Below are positions 38,688-48,632 of a DNA stretch of 64,000 nt, in pieces (positions within the stretch are counted from its first letter, which is position 1; each line of letters starts with the position of its first letter). Both the position numbers and the translations under genes were made by a program. Origin of the DNA: a virus. The DNA lies in the IMG/VR virus record IMGVR_UViG_3300042261_000976, positions 4,627 to 68,626 of that record. One strand, given 5' to 3'. The notes below the pieces were generated by a model. The model saw only the letters and a list, made by a program, of their open reading frames with translations. It did no database searches and had not been told where the DNA came from.

Positions 38688-39326
38688 ATGGTAAACTCTT
38701 ATTCCCGTATAATTATAATTATGATTAAACTGCACTCCAGTCAATTTACAACTATCTTTATATGCTTGTCTTAACATCTTTACTGGATAATTTCCATTAA
38801 GTACAAAAGATTCTGATTTCCCGTGGCCATCTGAAGACCAGTCACCAATTAAAATAATAAATTTATGATCCTTTATAACGGGTTCATCGTCTACTTCCTC
38901 TTCATCTCCGAACTCGCCTTTATCATGCCATTTAATAATAGATTCATTGAATTTATAAAAACTTTTCAAATGTTTCATTGATTCATCAGTGCTCCAATCT
39001 TCTTCACCGTAAGGATCTTCGGGTGATACTATTTTTTTCCTTTCTTTATAATATACTATCATGTTAGTTGTTTCATCTACAATACTACTTGATGTTCCAA
39101 CTTGCATAACAGCCCCATGTCTAACTGGTTCGGAATTTCCCTCATAAATAAATTCCAATCCGCCATTATAGGAATATCTGGGCCAATATTTTACTCCTAA
39201 TATTCTAACTTCTTTTTTACCAAGATGTGTCCACAAAACATTATTCTCTATAAGTTCATTCAAATAATTTGAAGATTCTTCAAATCCCATAGATGATATT
39301 AAATCTTTGATGATTATTTTATCCAT
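38625..39326 (-). CDS. hypothetical protein with internal DPYGEEDW; candidate tail-assembly-chaperone-like (G) ORF directly upstream of the giant repeat protein
   Basis: position and overlapping -1 ORF mirror the lambda G/GT arrangement. Confidence 0.5.
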   Translation of the reverse strand: MDKIIIKDLISSMGFEESSNYLNELIENNVLWTHLGKKEVRILGVKYWPRYSYNGGLEFIYEGNSEPVRHGAVMQVGTSSSIVDETTNMIVYYKERKKIVSPEDPYGEEDWSTDESMKHLKSFYKFNESIIKWHDKGEFGDEEEVDDEPVIKDHKFIILIGDWSSDGHGKSESFVLNGNYPVKMLRQAYKDSCKLTGVQFNHNYNYTGIRVYHLKKDMKKLKKDKFVLNMTMV

Positions 39327-39339
39327 TATTGATATTTAT

Positions 39340-39786
39340 TTACCATATCTCCTCGCCATAAGGATCGTTTTTTAAGTATAAAAGGTCATTTTCACGAGCA
39401 TCATCTATTATATCTTCTATGTTTGATAACACTTCTATGGTTTTTTGGATTATAGATTCTATTTTATCTGGACTAATTTTAGCCATCCTTATAGAATTTC
39501 TAGCAAACTCTTCAATTTTATCAGTAACAGATATAGTCGATGGCCATATAGGATCTGGAATCTTTTTAAAATCTGATTTTTCTATATCTTCTATCCCTGT
39601 TTTTATCGACCCGTCTGAATTTTTATATATTCCACCACCAGCTGCATTAAAGACTGTTCCTTTTTTTATATTTATTTTTCTTCTATTAAAAACATCACTA
39701 ACATCTGTATCTTTTGTGGCTACATAATAAGAGTGATAATCTGACCAATCTTGATCTTCTTTTATGTAATTATAAAAACTTATCAT
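39340..39786 (-). CDS. hypothetical protein ending ..NDPYGEEIW
   Basis: C-terminal motif immediately before stop. Confidence 0.5.
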   Translation of the reverse strand: MISFYNYIKEDQDWSDYHSYYVATKDTDVSDVFNRRKINIKKGTVFNAAGGGIYKNSDGSIKTGIEDIEKSDFKKIPDPIWPSTISVTDKIEEFARNSIRMAKISPDKIESIIQKTIEVLSNIEDIIDDARENDLLYLKNDPYGEEIW

Positions 39787-40205
39787 TGATATTTATTCTT
39801 GTTTCTAGTGATCTCACCCTGAAGATTCAATATCTCTTTATTCAAAACATCTAGTTTTTGTTTTTGAATATTTATCTTTTCTTGTTGTTGTTTTGTAAAA
39901 TCTTGTTGATTTTTAGCATTATTTGGATCTCCAGGATTATTTGGCATTAAATCTCTTAAAGAATTTTGTAAATTTACAATCTCCTGACTACATAGTTGTT
40001 TTTGTTTACCCAATTCTGTTATTCTACCTTGAATATCTGTAACTTTTAAATTTAGAGATTTTTGTAAACCTTTATCTTGTTGTTGATTTTGTTGTGATTT
40101 TGCTGGATTTTGAGCATCTCCTTTTTCTATATTTAGATTAAGGTTATTCTGCATATCTGTAGATGTAACCAATTCATTAATAAATTCATTAAATTTTTTT
40201 ATCAT
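39783..40205 (-). CDS. Q/N-rich coiled-coil protein, N-term MIKKFNEFINE
   Basis: ATGA-coupled; CTS-like leader. Confidence 0.45.
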   Translation of the reverse strand: MIKKFNEFINELVTSTDMQNNLNLNIEKGDAQNPAKSQQNQQQDKGLQKSLNLKVTDIQGRITELGKQKQLCSQEIVNLQNSLRDLMPNNPGDPNNAKNQQDFTKQQQEKINIQKQKLDVLNKEILNLQGEITRNKNKYQ

Positions 40206-41110
40206 TAGAATGTGGTTTCATTTTTGATAGATAATTCTTTAACAGCAATAGAATTTTTAGAAATAAGCCATTTATTTCCATTTGAATCGAAATGTGCTAC
40301 TTTTATAGTATCACCAACTTTAACTTGTTCATCAAATTTATAGTTACCACCATTGGGTTTTCTGATCATCCATTTATTATTGTCTTCAGATTTAACTTTA
40401 TTCAATAATTGTTTAATATTTGAATATGGGGTATTATTTTGGATTAATCCCCATTTTAAAAAATTTCCTATAGCTACCCAAACATCTTTAGCAACTCCTC
40501 CCAATTTAAGATTATTTTGACCTATCGGAGTTTCATCTCTTTCCATATTTGTTAAAGCCGCTTTTATTGAACTAGCAATAGTTTCATCTTTTATTTGATT
40601 TGGTTTAGATTGTGCAATCATAGCCAATTTATCTAGTGTTGGTTTTATAGTATTAAATTGTTCTTTAGGTACATAAATAAATTGATCCTTAAATCCTGCT
40701 TTAGAAAAAGAATAATAAGGAACTCTAGCTCCCTCATCTGCTCCAATATAATTAAAATTATATGTATAAGCATTGTCTTTTATTGTAAAATCAACATCTT
40801 TTACTAATTTAACGGAAGCCACATTACCTGGATGTTGTTGCTGTTGTTTATTTGGATCCGTTGTTGTTCCTCTTTTACCAGCAATTTTCTTTTGAAGAGC
40901 GAGAATATTGTTTTCCAACTCTCTTAAGTGTGGCAATTTTTCTGAAACAGGAGGATCATTTTTTCTTTCTGTATTAGTCAGTTGAACATTTCTTTGTTCT
41001 TGATTCGGTACTTCTCTAGCAACTCTTTTTTGTGGTGTTACAACAGGCGTTGCAGTGGCAGCTCCTTGTTCGTATATTTTATTATTAGTAAATTCTGAAA
41101 ATCTTAACAT
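40205..41110 (-). CDS. hypothetical protein (301 aa), N-term MLRFSEFTNN
   Basis: track ORF. Confidence 0.5.
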   Translation of the reverse strand: MLRFSEFTNNKIYEQGAATATPVVTPQKRVAREVPNQEQRNVQLTNTERKNDPPVSEKLPHLRELENNILALQKKIAGKRGTTTDPNKQQQQHPGNVASVKLVKDVDFTIKDNAYTYNFNYIGADEGARVPYYSFSKAGFKDQFIYVPKEQFNTIKPTLDKLAMIAQSKPNQIKDETIASSIKAALTNMERDETPIGQNNLKLGGVAKDVWVAIGNFLKWGLIQNNTPYSNIKQLLNKVKSEDNNKWMIRKPNGGNYKFDEQVKVGDTIKVAHFDSNGNKWLISKNSIAVKELSIKNETTF

Positions 41111-41123
41111 AATACTATATATA

Positions 41124-43313
41124 TTATTTTAAACTCAATATTCCATTCAATCTTTTACCTGTTCCGCAGTCTATTGGTGTTTGTGCCTTATTAGCACTTG
41201 CGAATATTTGATTACGCATTCCAGGGAAATAATTATCAATCCAATCTGTAGATTCGAATGTATAAAAACATCCTACAGCTGAAGGAATTTTTGGAGGAAG
41301 AACTAACAATTGATTTAAACTTTGTTTCTTCAAAGCTCCTTTATCATAAGCTAACAATCTAAAATCAGCAGCAGCAACTTGTGCGTTGGCTTGTAATTCA
41401 TCAAAAGGCGAAGAGTTCTTTAATTTGTTATTTCTAACATACATATAAAACATTCTTGTATTCTTAGTAGTTAAGACACCAGATTGAGATGGGTTTATTC
41501 TATTAAAATTAGTAGATGCTATATAAACGCCATTTAATAAATAACTTTGTTCACCAGGCACATATCTTATATCACCTTTGAAAAATTCATCATTAAATTT
41601 CTTATCTCCTTTTTGTTTGAAAGCCAAATTATTTATATCGAATATACAACTGGAATAATTTCTAGCCTCTTTTGGGAAATTTGGATCTTTTTGTTTATCA
41701 TCCTTTTTAATTCTCTCTATATCTATGTTACCTACATATTTATAAATAGATTCACCGCCAGAATTATGTAATTGTAAAACTGGATAATAAATCTGGCCTC
41801 CAATACTATATTGCATTACAAATAATCCTCTTTCTTGTTTCCATTCCTTTTCTTTGAAGAGTTTTAATCCAAAACCACCTTCTTCTATTTTTTGAGTAGT
41901 ATCTATAGGAATAGTATTGTTATTCATTCTTTTATAATAATCTTCTAACATAGGATCTCTTTTTCTATAAGCGTCTTGTAAATTCATAACTCTAAAAGGA
42001 TCAATAATATCTACATTTAGAAAATATGTCCATTGTCCTTTGACAGCATCAACTTTTCTTTCCCATACACTTCTTAAAGCTGAATCCTCATTAAAATCAA
42101 CTGCACCACCGACAGGAGGAGTCATTCCTTTGTAAGTTGGAGTTTGTTTAGTATGAAATATCATTCTTGCAGCAGCGTATTGTATTTTTCGAACACCTTC
42201 TACTGTTACCATTTTTGTTGCTCCTTCTTTGAATTCGGGATGTTTGCTCCACAATTCAGCACATCTTCCAAAGTCAATTTCGTCAACACTATTTATTCCT
42301 ATTGATTTAAGATATTCATAAGGTTTAACTTTTCCTGTGGTTGAACCACTAGTGCCACCAGGAACAGTATTTAATGTGTCACCAAGAACTTGCATTATTG
42401 GAACTTTAGGATTTAATTTACTTGTTATTTCTTCTAATAAAAATCCTTCAAATTCGCCTTGATAATCTTCTTGTGTTGGTTGTTCAGGTTCTGGTTGTGC
42501 TGGTGCTGGAGGATTTTCAGAGATTAAATTATTAATTTCTTGACATTTAGTTTTAATGGGTTCATTTTTACTAGTTATTAAAACATTAATAATTTTTTTC
42601 TCATTTTCTGTTAAATGATAATCTTTACAAGCTTTAGCGTCGCCATTTAAAAACGCTATTACTTGATCCAGTAAATCTATAATTATCTTTTCTTTTTCAG
42701 GATCGAATTGTTGCTCACTGTGGGTACAATATGGTTGTAATACAGCGAAAACATCTTTATTAATTTTCAATTTTATCTCTCCATATTTAACAGCCAATTC
42801 AGCTTGCTCTAACATTTCTTTCAATTCCTTCATGTCTTCTTCTTCTATATCGCCTTCATTCATTTGATTTCTTATAGTAGCTACAAATTCTTTGAATTTA
42901 CTTATAGTTTGTGCTAGAACATTCAAATTATCTTCAGAATAATCCATGTGCATAACTTCACAAATAAATGGATATTCCACATCATCATTTTGTTGTTGTG
43001 CAGGAGTTACATCAGCGTTAGCTTCTCCTTCTTTTTGAACCGCTTTTTCAACCATAGTACCATCTTTAATATTGATTTGTTTAATAGCACAAAATCTTAG
43101 CCAACCAGCAAAATATTCATTTTCTAGTTTTCTTTTAAGGTATTCTAATCTACCGATATCTATTCCTTGTTTGAAATATCTTAATATGCTAAATAAACCT
43201 CTACCAACCAAAGATTGAGAGAATTTTGTAGCATTTGAGAATTCATCCGGAATAGATGCCTCTTCTAATAATTTTTTAAATTTTTCAAAAGGTACTATAT
43301 TATCAAGTTCCAT
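41124..43313 (-). CDS. hypothetical large protein (729 aa), possible structural protein
   Basis: track ORF; no recognisable motifs. Confidence 0.55.
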   Translation of the reverse strand: MELDNIVPFEKFKKLLEEASIPDEFSNATKFSQSLVGRGLFSILRYFKQGIDIGRLEYLKRKLENEYFAGWLRFCAIKQINIKDGTMVEKAVQKEGEANADVTPAQQQNDDVEYPFICEVMHMDYSEDNLNVLAQTISKFKEFVATIRNQMNEGDIEEEDMKELKEMLEQAELAVKYGEIKLKINKDVFAVLQPYCTHSEQQFDPEKEKIIIDLLDQVIAFLNGDAKACKDYHLTENEKKIINVLITSKNEPIKTKCQEINNLISENPPAPAQPEPEQPTQEDYQGEFEGFLLEEITSKLNPKVPIMQVLGDTLNTVPGGTSGSTTGKVKPYEYLKSIGINSVDEIDFGRCAELWSKHPEFKEGATKMVTVEGVRKIQYAAARMIFHTKQTPTYKGMTPPVGGAVDFNEDSALRSVWERKVDAVKGQWTYFLNVDIIDPFRVMNLQDAYRKRDPMLEDYYKRMNNNTIPIDTTQKIEEGGFGLKLFKEKEWKQERGLFVMQYSIGGQIYYPVLQLHNSGGESIYKYVGNIDIERIKKDDKQKDPNFPKEARNYSSCIFDINNLAFKQKGDKKFNDEFFKGDIRYVPGEQSYLLNGVYIASTNFNRINPSQSGVLTTKNTRMFYMYVRNNKLKNSSPFDELQANAQVAAADFRLLAYDKGALKKQSLNQLLVLPPKIPSAVGCFYTFESTDWIDNYFPGMRNQIFASANKAQTPIDCGTGKRLNGILSLK

Positions 43314-43411
43314 ATATTTCTTTTATTTTTAACGCTGAATTTCTTTAATATATATTAAAAAATAAAATCCGTTTTTCAGTTTTAATATATACTGAAAAAT
43401 ATTGAAATTGC

Positions 43412-44218
43412 GTGATAACCAAATTTGAACAATATACTTCAGAATCCAGATTAGTTGAATATATCAAAAAGTCTGAGCATGACCAAATGATCAGAGAATC
43501 TTCAGAATTCAACCAATACCAACTTGGCATTGATAATGCTGTTAGTTCTTTTGGTCCTGGTTATGGTTTCGCAACTGACCCAGGTTTATCAATATATTCA
43601 CCAGATTCAAATCCTTACGTTGATATGTACGCACGTACAGCAGGCACAACTAGCAAATTAATGCAAATTATCAAACAAGTTTCCAAAGAGATGATGGATG
43701 ACCATATATTTGCTAGAAAATCAGATAGATTCTTGGAAGATATAGATGAATATAAAAACCTAAAGATATTAAGAATATTCAATAATGAGAACTTAAAATT
43801 AAACATTTATATATCTTTCGATTTTATGGATCAAGAGTTTTTTGGAGTATTTAGGAATTTTAATGCAAATAATACAAAACCAACTTTTGATACCGAATTA
43901 TTAAGTGACCCTAAATTTAATTATATAGACAAAGAGTATTATCTTAAATTAAACCAATATATTTATAAGCTTGTTTATAATTGGTTCATTCCAAAAGCAG
44001 GAATGTATAAAAATTTGAAAGAAGATTGTCCAATAAAAGATGAAATGGGACAATTGAAATATCTTAAAGAAGGTAAAATTGTAGAAGTAATGGGATATAA
44101 TACAGATGAAAACAATGATCCCTTTGTTGTTTTAGAAATAGAAGGAAGAAAATTCAGTATAACAGGAAATAATTATTTCTGGTTTAACTATTGGTTTGAA
44201 CCAGTAACAATAAAATAA
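43412..44218 (+). CDS. hypothetical protein (GTG start) MITKFEQYTSE
   Basis: two TTAATATATA motifs upstream. Confidence 0.5.
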   Translation: MITKFEQYTSESRLVEYIKKSEHDQMIRESSEFNQYQLGIDNAVSSFGPGYGFATDPGLSIYSPDSNPYVDMYARTAGTTSKLMQIIKQVSKEMMDDHIFARKSDRFLEDIDEYKNLKILRIFNNENLKLNIYISFDFMDQEFFGVFRNFNANNTKPTFDTELLSDPKFNYIDKEYYLKLNQYIYKLVYNWFIPKAGMYKNLKEDCPIKDEMGQLKYLKEGKIVEVMGYNTDENNDPFVVLEIEGRKFSITGNNYFWFNYWFEPVTIK

Positions 44219-44225
44219 AATTATA

Positions 44226-44498
44226 ATGAACAATTTAAGAGCTTTTGAAGAATTTAATAATGTGGATCCATACGGTGAAGAAAAATGGAACGATGTGAAA
44301 GAAGAGACTTTAGATGGAGTTTTTTCTGTTATAAGTCAACATTATGAAGGGTATGCACCAACACTAGTAATTGCGGATTCCAAAGAAGAAGCTTTTCAAA
44401 AATATAACGATTGGGTTGATACTGAGCCACATGGAATCTATACTCCCAGACAATGTGAAGATATCGATCACGTTTTCGAAGCAAAAGCATTAAAATAA
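44226..44498 (+). CDS. small protein MNNLRAFEEFNNVDPYGEEKW..
   Basis: CTS-like leader directly followed by DPYGEE-W. Confidence 0.5.
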   Translation: MNNLRAFEEFNNVDPYGEEKWNDVKEETLDGVFSVISQHYEGYAPTLVIADSKEEAFQKYNDWVDTEPHGIYTPRQCEDIDHVFEAKALK

Positions 44499-44508
44499 AG
44501 ATTATTAA

Positions 44509-45051
44509 ATGGTAAGAACTTTTGAAGAATATAGATATATTAATTTCGGAATGTTTGATGGTGCTGGTAGTAAAAAAGATCCCAACGAACCATTTTTTCT
44601 TGCAAAAAAACATAAATATTTTCAAGATCAAAGAGATGAAGCAAGAAGACAAGAAAGAGAAGCAAGAAGACAACGAGATGATATTAACTATATCAATGGT
44701 CTGGAAGCGTCTAGAAACCAACTACCTTTAATAAATAGGTGTATAGATATAATAGAAAAAGATCCAGATTCTATTGTTAGAACTAAATATGAAGAATCAG
44801 ATTATGGTAGTGGAATATATGGAATTCTTTTAAAAAATAAAACAGTAATAGTAACTAGAATAGACGGGAGCGATAGAGTCTCTTACTTGAAAATAAATAA
44901 AGTACTAATGTCAAGCACTAAAGAAAAGAAAATAAATAAAGACGTTGATGTGTATGGTGAAGAAAATTGGGAAGACGATAATATAACACCGTATGAAAAA
45001 TTATCACGTTTAGTTAAAGATTACGTCGAACAAAATGAAATTATATTCTAA
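44509..45051 (+). CDS. hypothetical protein with DVYGEENW variant motif
   Basis: MVRTFEEYRY leader; ATGA-coupled to next gene. Confidence 0.5.
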   Translation: MVRTFEEYRYINFGMFDGAGSKKDPNEPFFLAKKHKYFQDQRDEARRQEREARRQRDDINYINGLEASRNQLPLINRCIDIIEKDPDSIVRTKYEESDYGSGIYGILLKNKTVIVTRIDGSDRVSYLKINKVLMSSTKEKKINKDVDVYGEENWEDDNITPYEKLSRLVKDYVEQNEIIF

Positions 45052-45968
45052 TGACAACTAAAGAATTACAAGATAGAATAGCACAATCATTCGAAATATT
45101 TGGGGATACTCCATTCGATGAAAGAATGGACGATATTCAAAAAGAATATTTTCACTTTATTAGATATAGAGACCCTAAAAATCTTAAAGAAGAAGTTGGA
45201 GATTTAGTTTCTAGTTTAATACAATTATGTAACGAAAAAGGTTGGGAATTAGATGATGTTATTGGTAATACTCTAAATAAAATAGATAGAAGAAAGGATC
45301 AATACGGATCTCTTGGTAGAAGAGTTCAAGTCGCAATATTAGGAGGAGCTTTCGATCCTATTCATAACGGACATATACAATTAGCACAACACGTATTAAA
45401 TTTAAGTGGCGTAATAGATGAAGTATGGCTAATGCCACCAGCATCACACATGTATGGTAAAAAAATGGAATCTGCTCAAGACAGATTAAATATGTGTAGA
45501 TTGGCAGCTGAAAGAGATAGAAGAATCAGAGTATTTAATTATGAAGTAGAACATAAATTAGCTGGAGAAACATATTTCTTTTTCAAGAAATTACTTGGAG
45601 AAAAGGAACTTAATGAAAAATATGAATTTTCAATGATAATTGGATTGGATAATGCTAATTTTTTTGATAAATGGGTTAATTATAAATATCTTGAAAGAAT
45701 GGTTAGATTTATCGTAGTTCCAAGAAAAGGAGTAACAAGAGATCCAAAAGTCGATTGGTACTTAAGACCGCCTCATGTTTTTATGAATGAAGAAACAGAG
45801 ATCATGGAAATATCATCAACTCAGGTGAGAAAGATGTTACAAGAAAATGATCCAAATATAACTAAATATTTAGATCCAAAAGTAGTTGATTATATAAAAG
45901 AAAATCATCTTTATGGTGTTGGCGGAGTTGTTGAAAAATATAATAATTTCGTAAAAAAATTAAAATAA
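45051..45968 (+). CDS. MazG-like NTP pyrophosphohydrolase fused to nicotinate/nicotinamide mononucleotide adenylyltransferase (NadD-like)
   Basis: N-term EEVGDLVSSLIQL MazG helix; then ILGGAFDPIHNGH (HxGH nucleotidyltransferase motif) and SxxxxR-like C-terminal region. Confidence 0.7.
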   Translation: MTTKELQDRIAQSFEIFGDTPFDERMDDIQKEYFHFIRYRDPKNLKEEVGDLVSSLIQLCNEKGWELDDVIGNTLNKIDRRKDQYGSLGRRVQVAILGGAFDPIHNGHIQLAQHVLNLSGVIDEVWLMPPASHMYGKKMESAQDRLNMCRLAAERDRRIRVFNYEVEHKLAGETYFFFKKLLGEKELNEKYEFSMIIGLDNANFFDKWVNYKYLERMVRFIVVPRKGVTRDPKVDWYLRPPHVFMNEETEIMEISSTQVRKMLQENDPNITKYLDPKVVDYIKENHLYGVGGVVEKYNNFVKKLK

Positions 45969-46298
45969 TTAATATTTAACTACTATTTCAATATTGTCTG
46001 TTCCATCAAAATATTCTCTAAAATGATCACTTTTTATTTCAAAATGAAATGGTGACACTTTTTTAATTTTATAATTAAAATCAAATTTATTTAATCTTAT
46101 ACTTTTAATTTCATTTATAGATTTAAACCACGCTCTATCATTTGAATATCTTCTGAATCCATATGTTGATAAAGGTTCCCATGTGTTCAAATCTAAATTT
46201 TGTTCCCAATGTGTCTTTAAAGTTCTAAAAATATTATCTTCTGTATCAAATTCTACTAAATCTATATTTAGATAACTATAACTTAAAAATGTGCTCAT
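45969..46298 (-). CDS. hypothetical protein
   Basis: track ORF. Confidence 0.4.
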   Translation of the reverse strand: MSTFLSYSYLNIDLVEFDTEDNIFRTLKTHWEQNLDLNTWEPLSTYGFRRYSNDRAWFKSINEIKSIRLNKFDFNYKIKKVSPFHFEIKSDHFREYFDGTDNIEIVVKY

Positions 46299-46300
46299 AT

Positions 46301-46714
46301 TTATGAATTTATTTTTTCAGAATCTTCATATCCTGTTTTTCTTAAACTTTTTAATGTATGATCTTGCCCATCTACTTTTACAACTAATCTATCTTCTAAA
46401 GTATTATTAAAAAACTCTTTAGGATTTACTTGAGCGACTTCTCTATACATTTGCATAAATAATATAATTGGTATTTTACTACCATCATTTAAATAATAAA
46501 AAGTATCATCTTGTCTTTTAATTTTGACACTATATGTAGGATCTGTTTTTAGTTCATAAACTTTATCAACAAATCCCATTCTATTATCATCAAGATATTT
46601 ATTTATACATCCTTCAATAAAAGAACTTTTATTTATATTTTTTTCATCAGCCATTTGTTCAAAAGCTTCATAAACTTTCTGGTCAACTGAATAGGTTTTC
46701 GTTATCTTTGCCAT
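46301..46714 (-). CDS. ribbon-helix-helix (CopG/Arc-like) domain protein
   Basis: start moved to MAKITKTYSVDQKVYEAFEQMADEKNINKSSFIEGCINKYL (RHH pattern). Confidence 0.4.
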   Translation of the reverse strand: MAKITKTYSVDQKVYEAFEQMADEKNINKSSFIEGCINKYLDDNRMGFVDKVYELKTDPTYSVKIKRQDDTFYYLNDGSKIPIILFMQMYREVAQVNPKEFFNNTLEDRLVVKVDGQDHTLKSLRKTGYEDSEKINS

Positions 46715-46733
46715 TTCTTCTATTATTATTTTT

Positions 46734-47057
46734 TTACATATAAGCACCTGGAGGACAATTCACTGGTTTGCTTCTTAAAAGAACACAATCGTGTCCATAA
46801 TCAATACCTTCTAATGTGAAAGGCAGTTTTTCACCACCATTTTTTAAGATTATATCATATGGTTTTTGAAATTCATAAGTTTCTATTTCAAGATATTTAT
46901 TATTTGAATCGTAATAATGTGGAATATCATTAGCTAATAAATCTATTGTCATGTTAATTAAATCTTGTTCATTGGCTCTGTAATATCCACACATTTTCAT
47001 ATCATACGGATTAATATCCTCATTTAATCTTTTAAAATCATCCCATTTGCTTATCAT
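46734..47057 (-). CDS. hypothetical protein MISKWDDFKRLNEDINPYD
   Basis: track ORF. Confidence 0.4.
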   Translation of the reverse strand: MISKWDDFKRLNEDINPYDMKMCGYYRANEQDLINMTIDLLANDIPHYYDSNNKYLEIETYEFQKPYDIILKNGGEKLPFTLEGIDYGHDCVLLRSKPVNCPPGAYM

Positions 47058-47058
47058 A

Positions 47059-47328
47059 TTAACTATTTACTTTTTCAGAATTACTCTTATCCCACATAGC
47101 TCCACTATTTTCAATCTTCGGTCCCTCCATATCCTTTCTCTTTTCAAATTCTCTTACAGTATCATATTCTTTCCACCCATTACTTGTTGTTATTGTTAAA
47201 CCTCTTGGTATCTCTTCTAACATTTTTATTTCAACACTAATATATTTATAATGATCTCCATACATTTCAACAAGTTTATCATAAAACTCATTTCTTAATT
47301 TATCTATATCATTTGCGTATTTTTCCAT
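47059..47328 (-). CDS. hypothetical small protein
   Basis: promoter motif TTTAATATATACGAATAAAAAT upstream. Confidence 0.4.
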   Translation of the reverse strand: MEKYANDIDKLRNEFYDKLVEMYGDHYKYISVEIKMLEEIPRGLTITTSNGWKEYDTVREFEKRKDMEGPKIENSGAMWDKSNSEKVNS

Positions 47329-47343
47329 AACATATTTTTATTC

Positions 47344-47366
47344 GTATATATTAAATAAAAAATGTC
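47344..47366 (-). promoter_or_regulatory. putative promoter (TTTAATATATACGAAT on minus strand)
   Basis: same TTAATATATA core ~20 nt upstream of ATG 47328. Confidence 0.3.
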
Positions 47367-47396
47367 AAAAATGTCATTTTTGATAAAATTTTTAAA

Positions 47397-48281
47397 TTAT
47401 TTCATTAATTTGCTAAAGAGGAATAATTTAAAATTGGTTTGTCCAAGTACTATTTTTGTATTCAAAAGTTCTTTACCAATTAAAGTTTTGATAACTTTAT
47501 ATGTTCCTATTAATCTTTGTCCTTCGTAAACTTTAGCGACTCTTCCTTCAGTGCCAGCCGCCCCTAGAACAGCCAACCAATCTTGACCTATAACTGTTCT
47601 CATTATTGTTATTCTTGTATCGTCTATTCTATTTCTATCTAATAATTTATTTGAGAATGGATCTCTTAAATTGAGTTCTGATCCTGCTGATCGAATATCT
47701 ATTCTAACGACTCTATTTATATCTGAAGTAACTTTTTGTTCTTCTTCCATTTCAATCTTTCCTTCATTTAAAAGATTTTGTTGATTCTTTCTAATAAGAT
47801 TAAAATCTGCTTGAGCTACAATTCTTTCTGTCATAGCCCTATCATTAAGTCTATATCCTTTAGGTGGTAGGCGATAAAAATCTCCTGTAAACATCATTGA
47901 TACAATATTAACTGTTTTAAATAAACGCCAGACTTTTTCTACATTTCTTTTTTCTTTAACACTCCATCCATTAAGATGCCAACCTCTAAGTAACATATTT
48001 CCTGTGTTTCTATTAACACCAAGGGTCATTGGATATATAACACGTTCACGACCTCCTCTATATTCATCTTGATCTCCACGATAATTTATAAGAATAATCA
48101 TACCATACTGTATAGCTTTAACTAGTAATCCTTCATTAAAATGCAATGGTTTATTAACAGGGAATCCAGGTACTAGATCGTTATCCCCAGCGGCTTCTCT
48201 AATAAGTCTTCCATTCTTTGTGTTATATCTGACTTTAGGAATAAAATATAAATCTTCTGTATTGTTGTACTTATCTGTCAT
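47397..48281 (-). CDS. hypothetical protein (294 aa)
   Basis: track ORF. Confidence 0.5.
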   Translation of the reverse strand: MTDKYNNTEDLYFIPKVRYNTKNGRLIREAAGDNDLVPGFPVNKPLHFNEGLLVKAIQYGMIILINYRGDQDEYRGGRERVIYPMTLGVNRNTGNMLLRGWHLNGWSVKEKRNVEKVWRLFKTVNIVSMMFTGDFYRLPPKGYRLNDRAMTERIVAQADFNLIRKNQQNLLNEGKIEMEEEQKVTSDINRVVRIDIRSAGSELNLRDPFSNKLLDRNRIDDTRITIMRTVIGQDWLAVLGAAGTEGRVAKVYEGQRLIGTYKVIKTLIGKELLNTKIVLGQTNFKLFLFSKLMK

Positions 48282-48590
48282 TTAATCTTCTAATTTTCCA
48301 TCTTCAAACCATCTAACATCATCTTCTGGAGCTTTTTCATAGGCAACATTGAGTCTACTGGTACGTATCCTAATATATTCATTTTCATCGTCGAATAAAA
48401 AAGCATTATTTCCTTCTAATTCAATTATTTCGTATTGAACACTTGGATTTAAGTTATATTGTCTTCCACAAACATATGGGTCAACATATACCATATCTCC
48501 AATTTTAAATGATTCTCCTTCGTCGAACTCTGGTTTAGATCTTATTTTACCGTCACCAAATTGTTCAAATAAAATTAAATGGTTTAACAT
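48282..48590 (-). CDS. hypothetical small protein MLNHLILFEQF..VDPYVCG
   Basis: track ORF; promoter motif upstream. Confidence 0.4.
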   Translation of the reverse strand: MLNHLILFEQFGDGKIRSKPEFDEGESFKIGDMVYVDPYVCGRQYNLNPSVQYEIIELEGNNAFLFDDENEYIRIRTSRLNVAYEKAPEDDVRWFEDGKLED

Positions 48591-48632
48591 TTTTAATTTT
48601 TTTCTTTATATATTAATTTTATGAAATGATTT

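Noticed and set aside
47345-47370. Hairpin at the AAAATGTCAAAAATGTCATTTTT direct repeat
   Set aside because: The possible stem leaves a 1-nt loop. It is more likely part of the AT-rich promoter region (TTTAATATATACGAAT) than a terminator.
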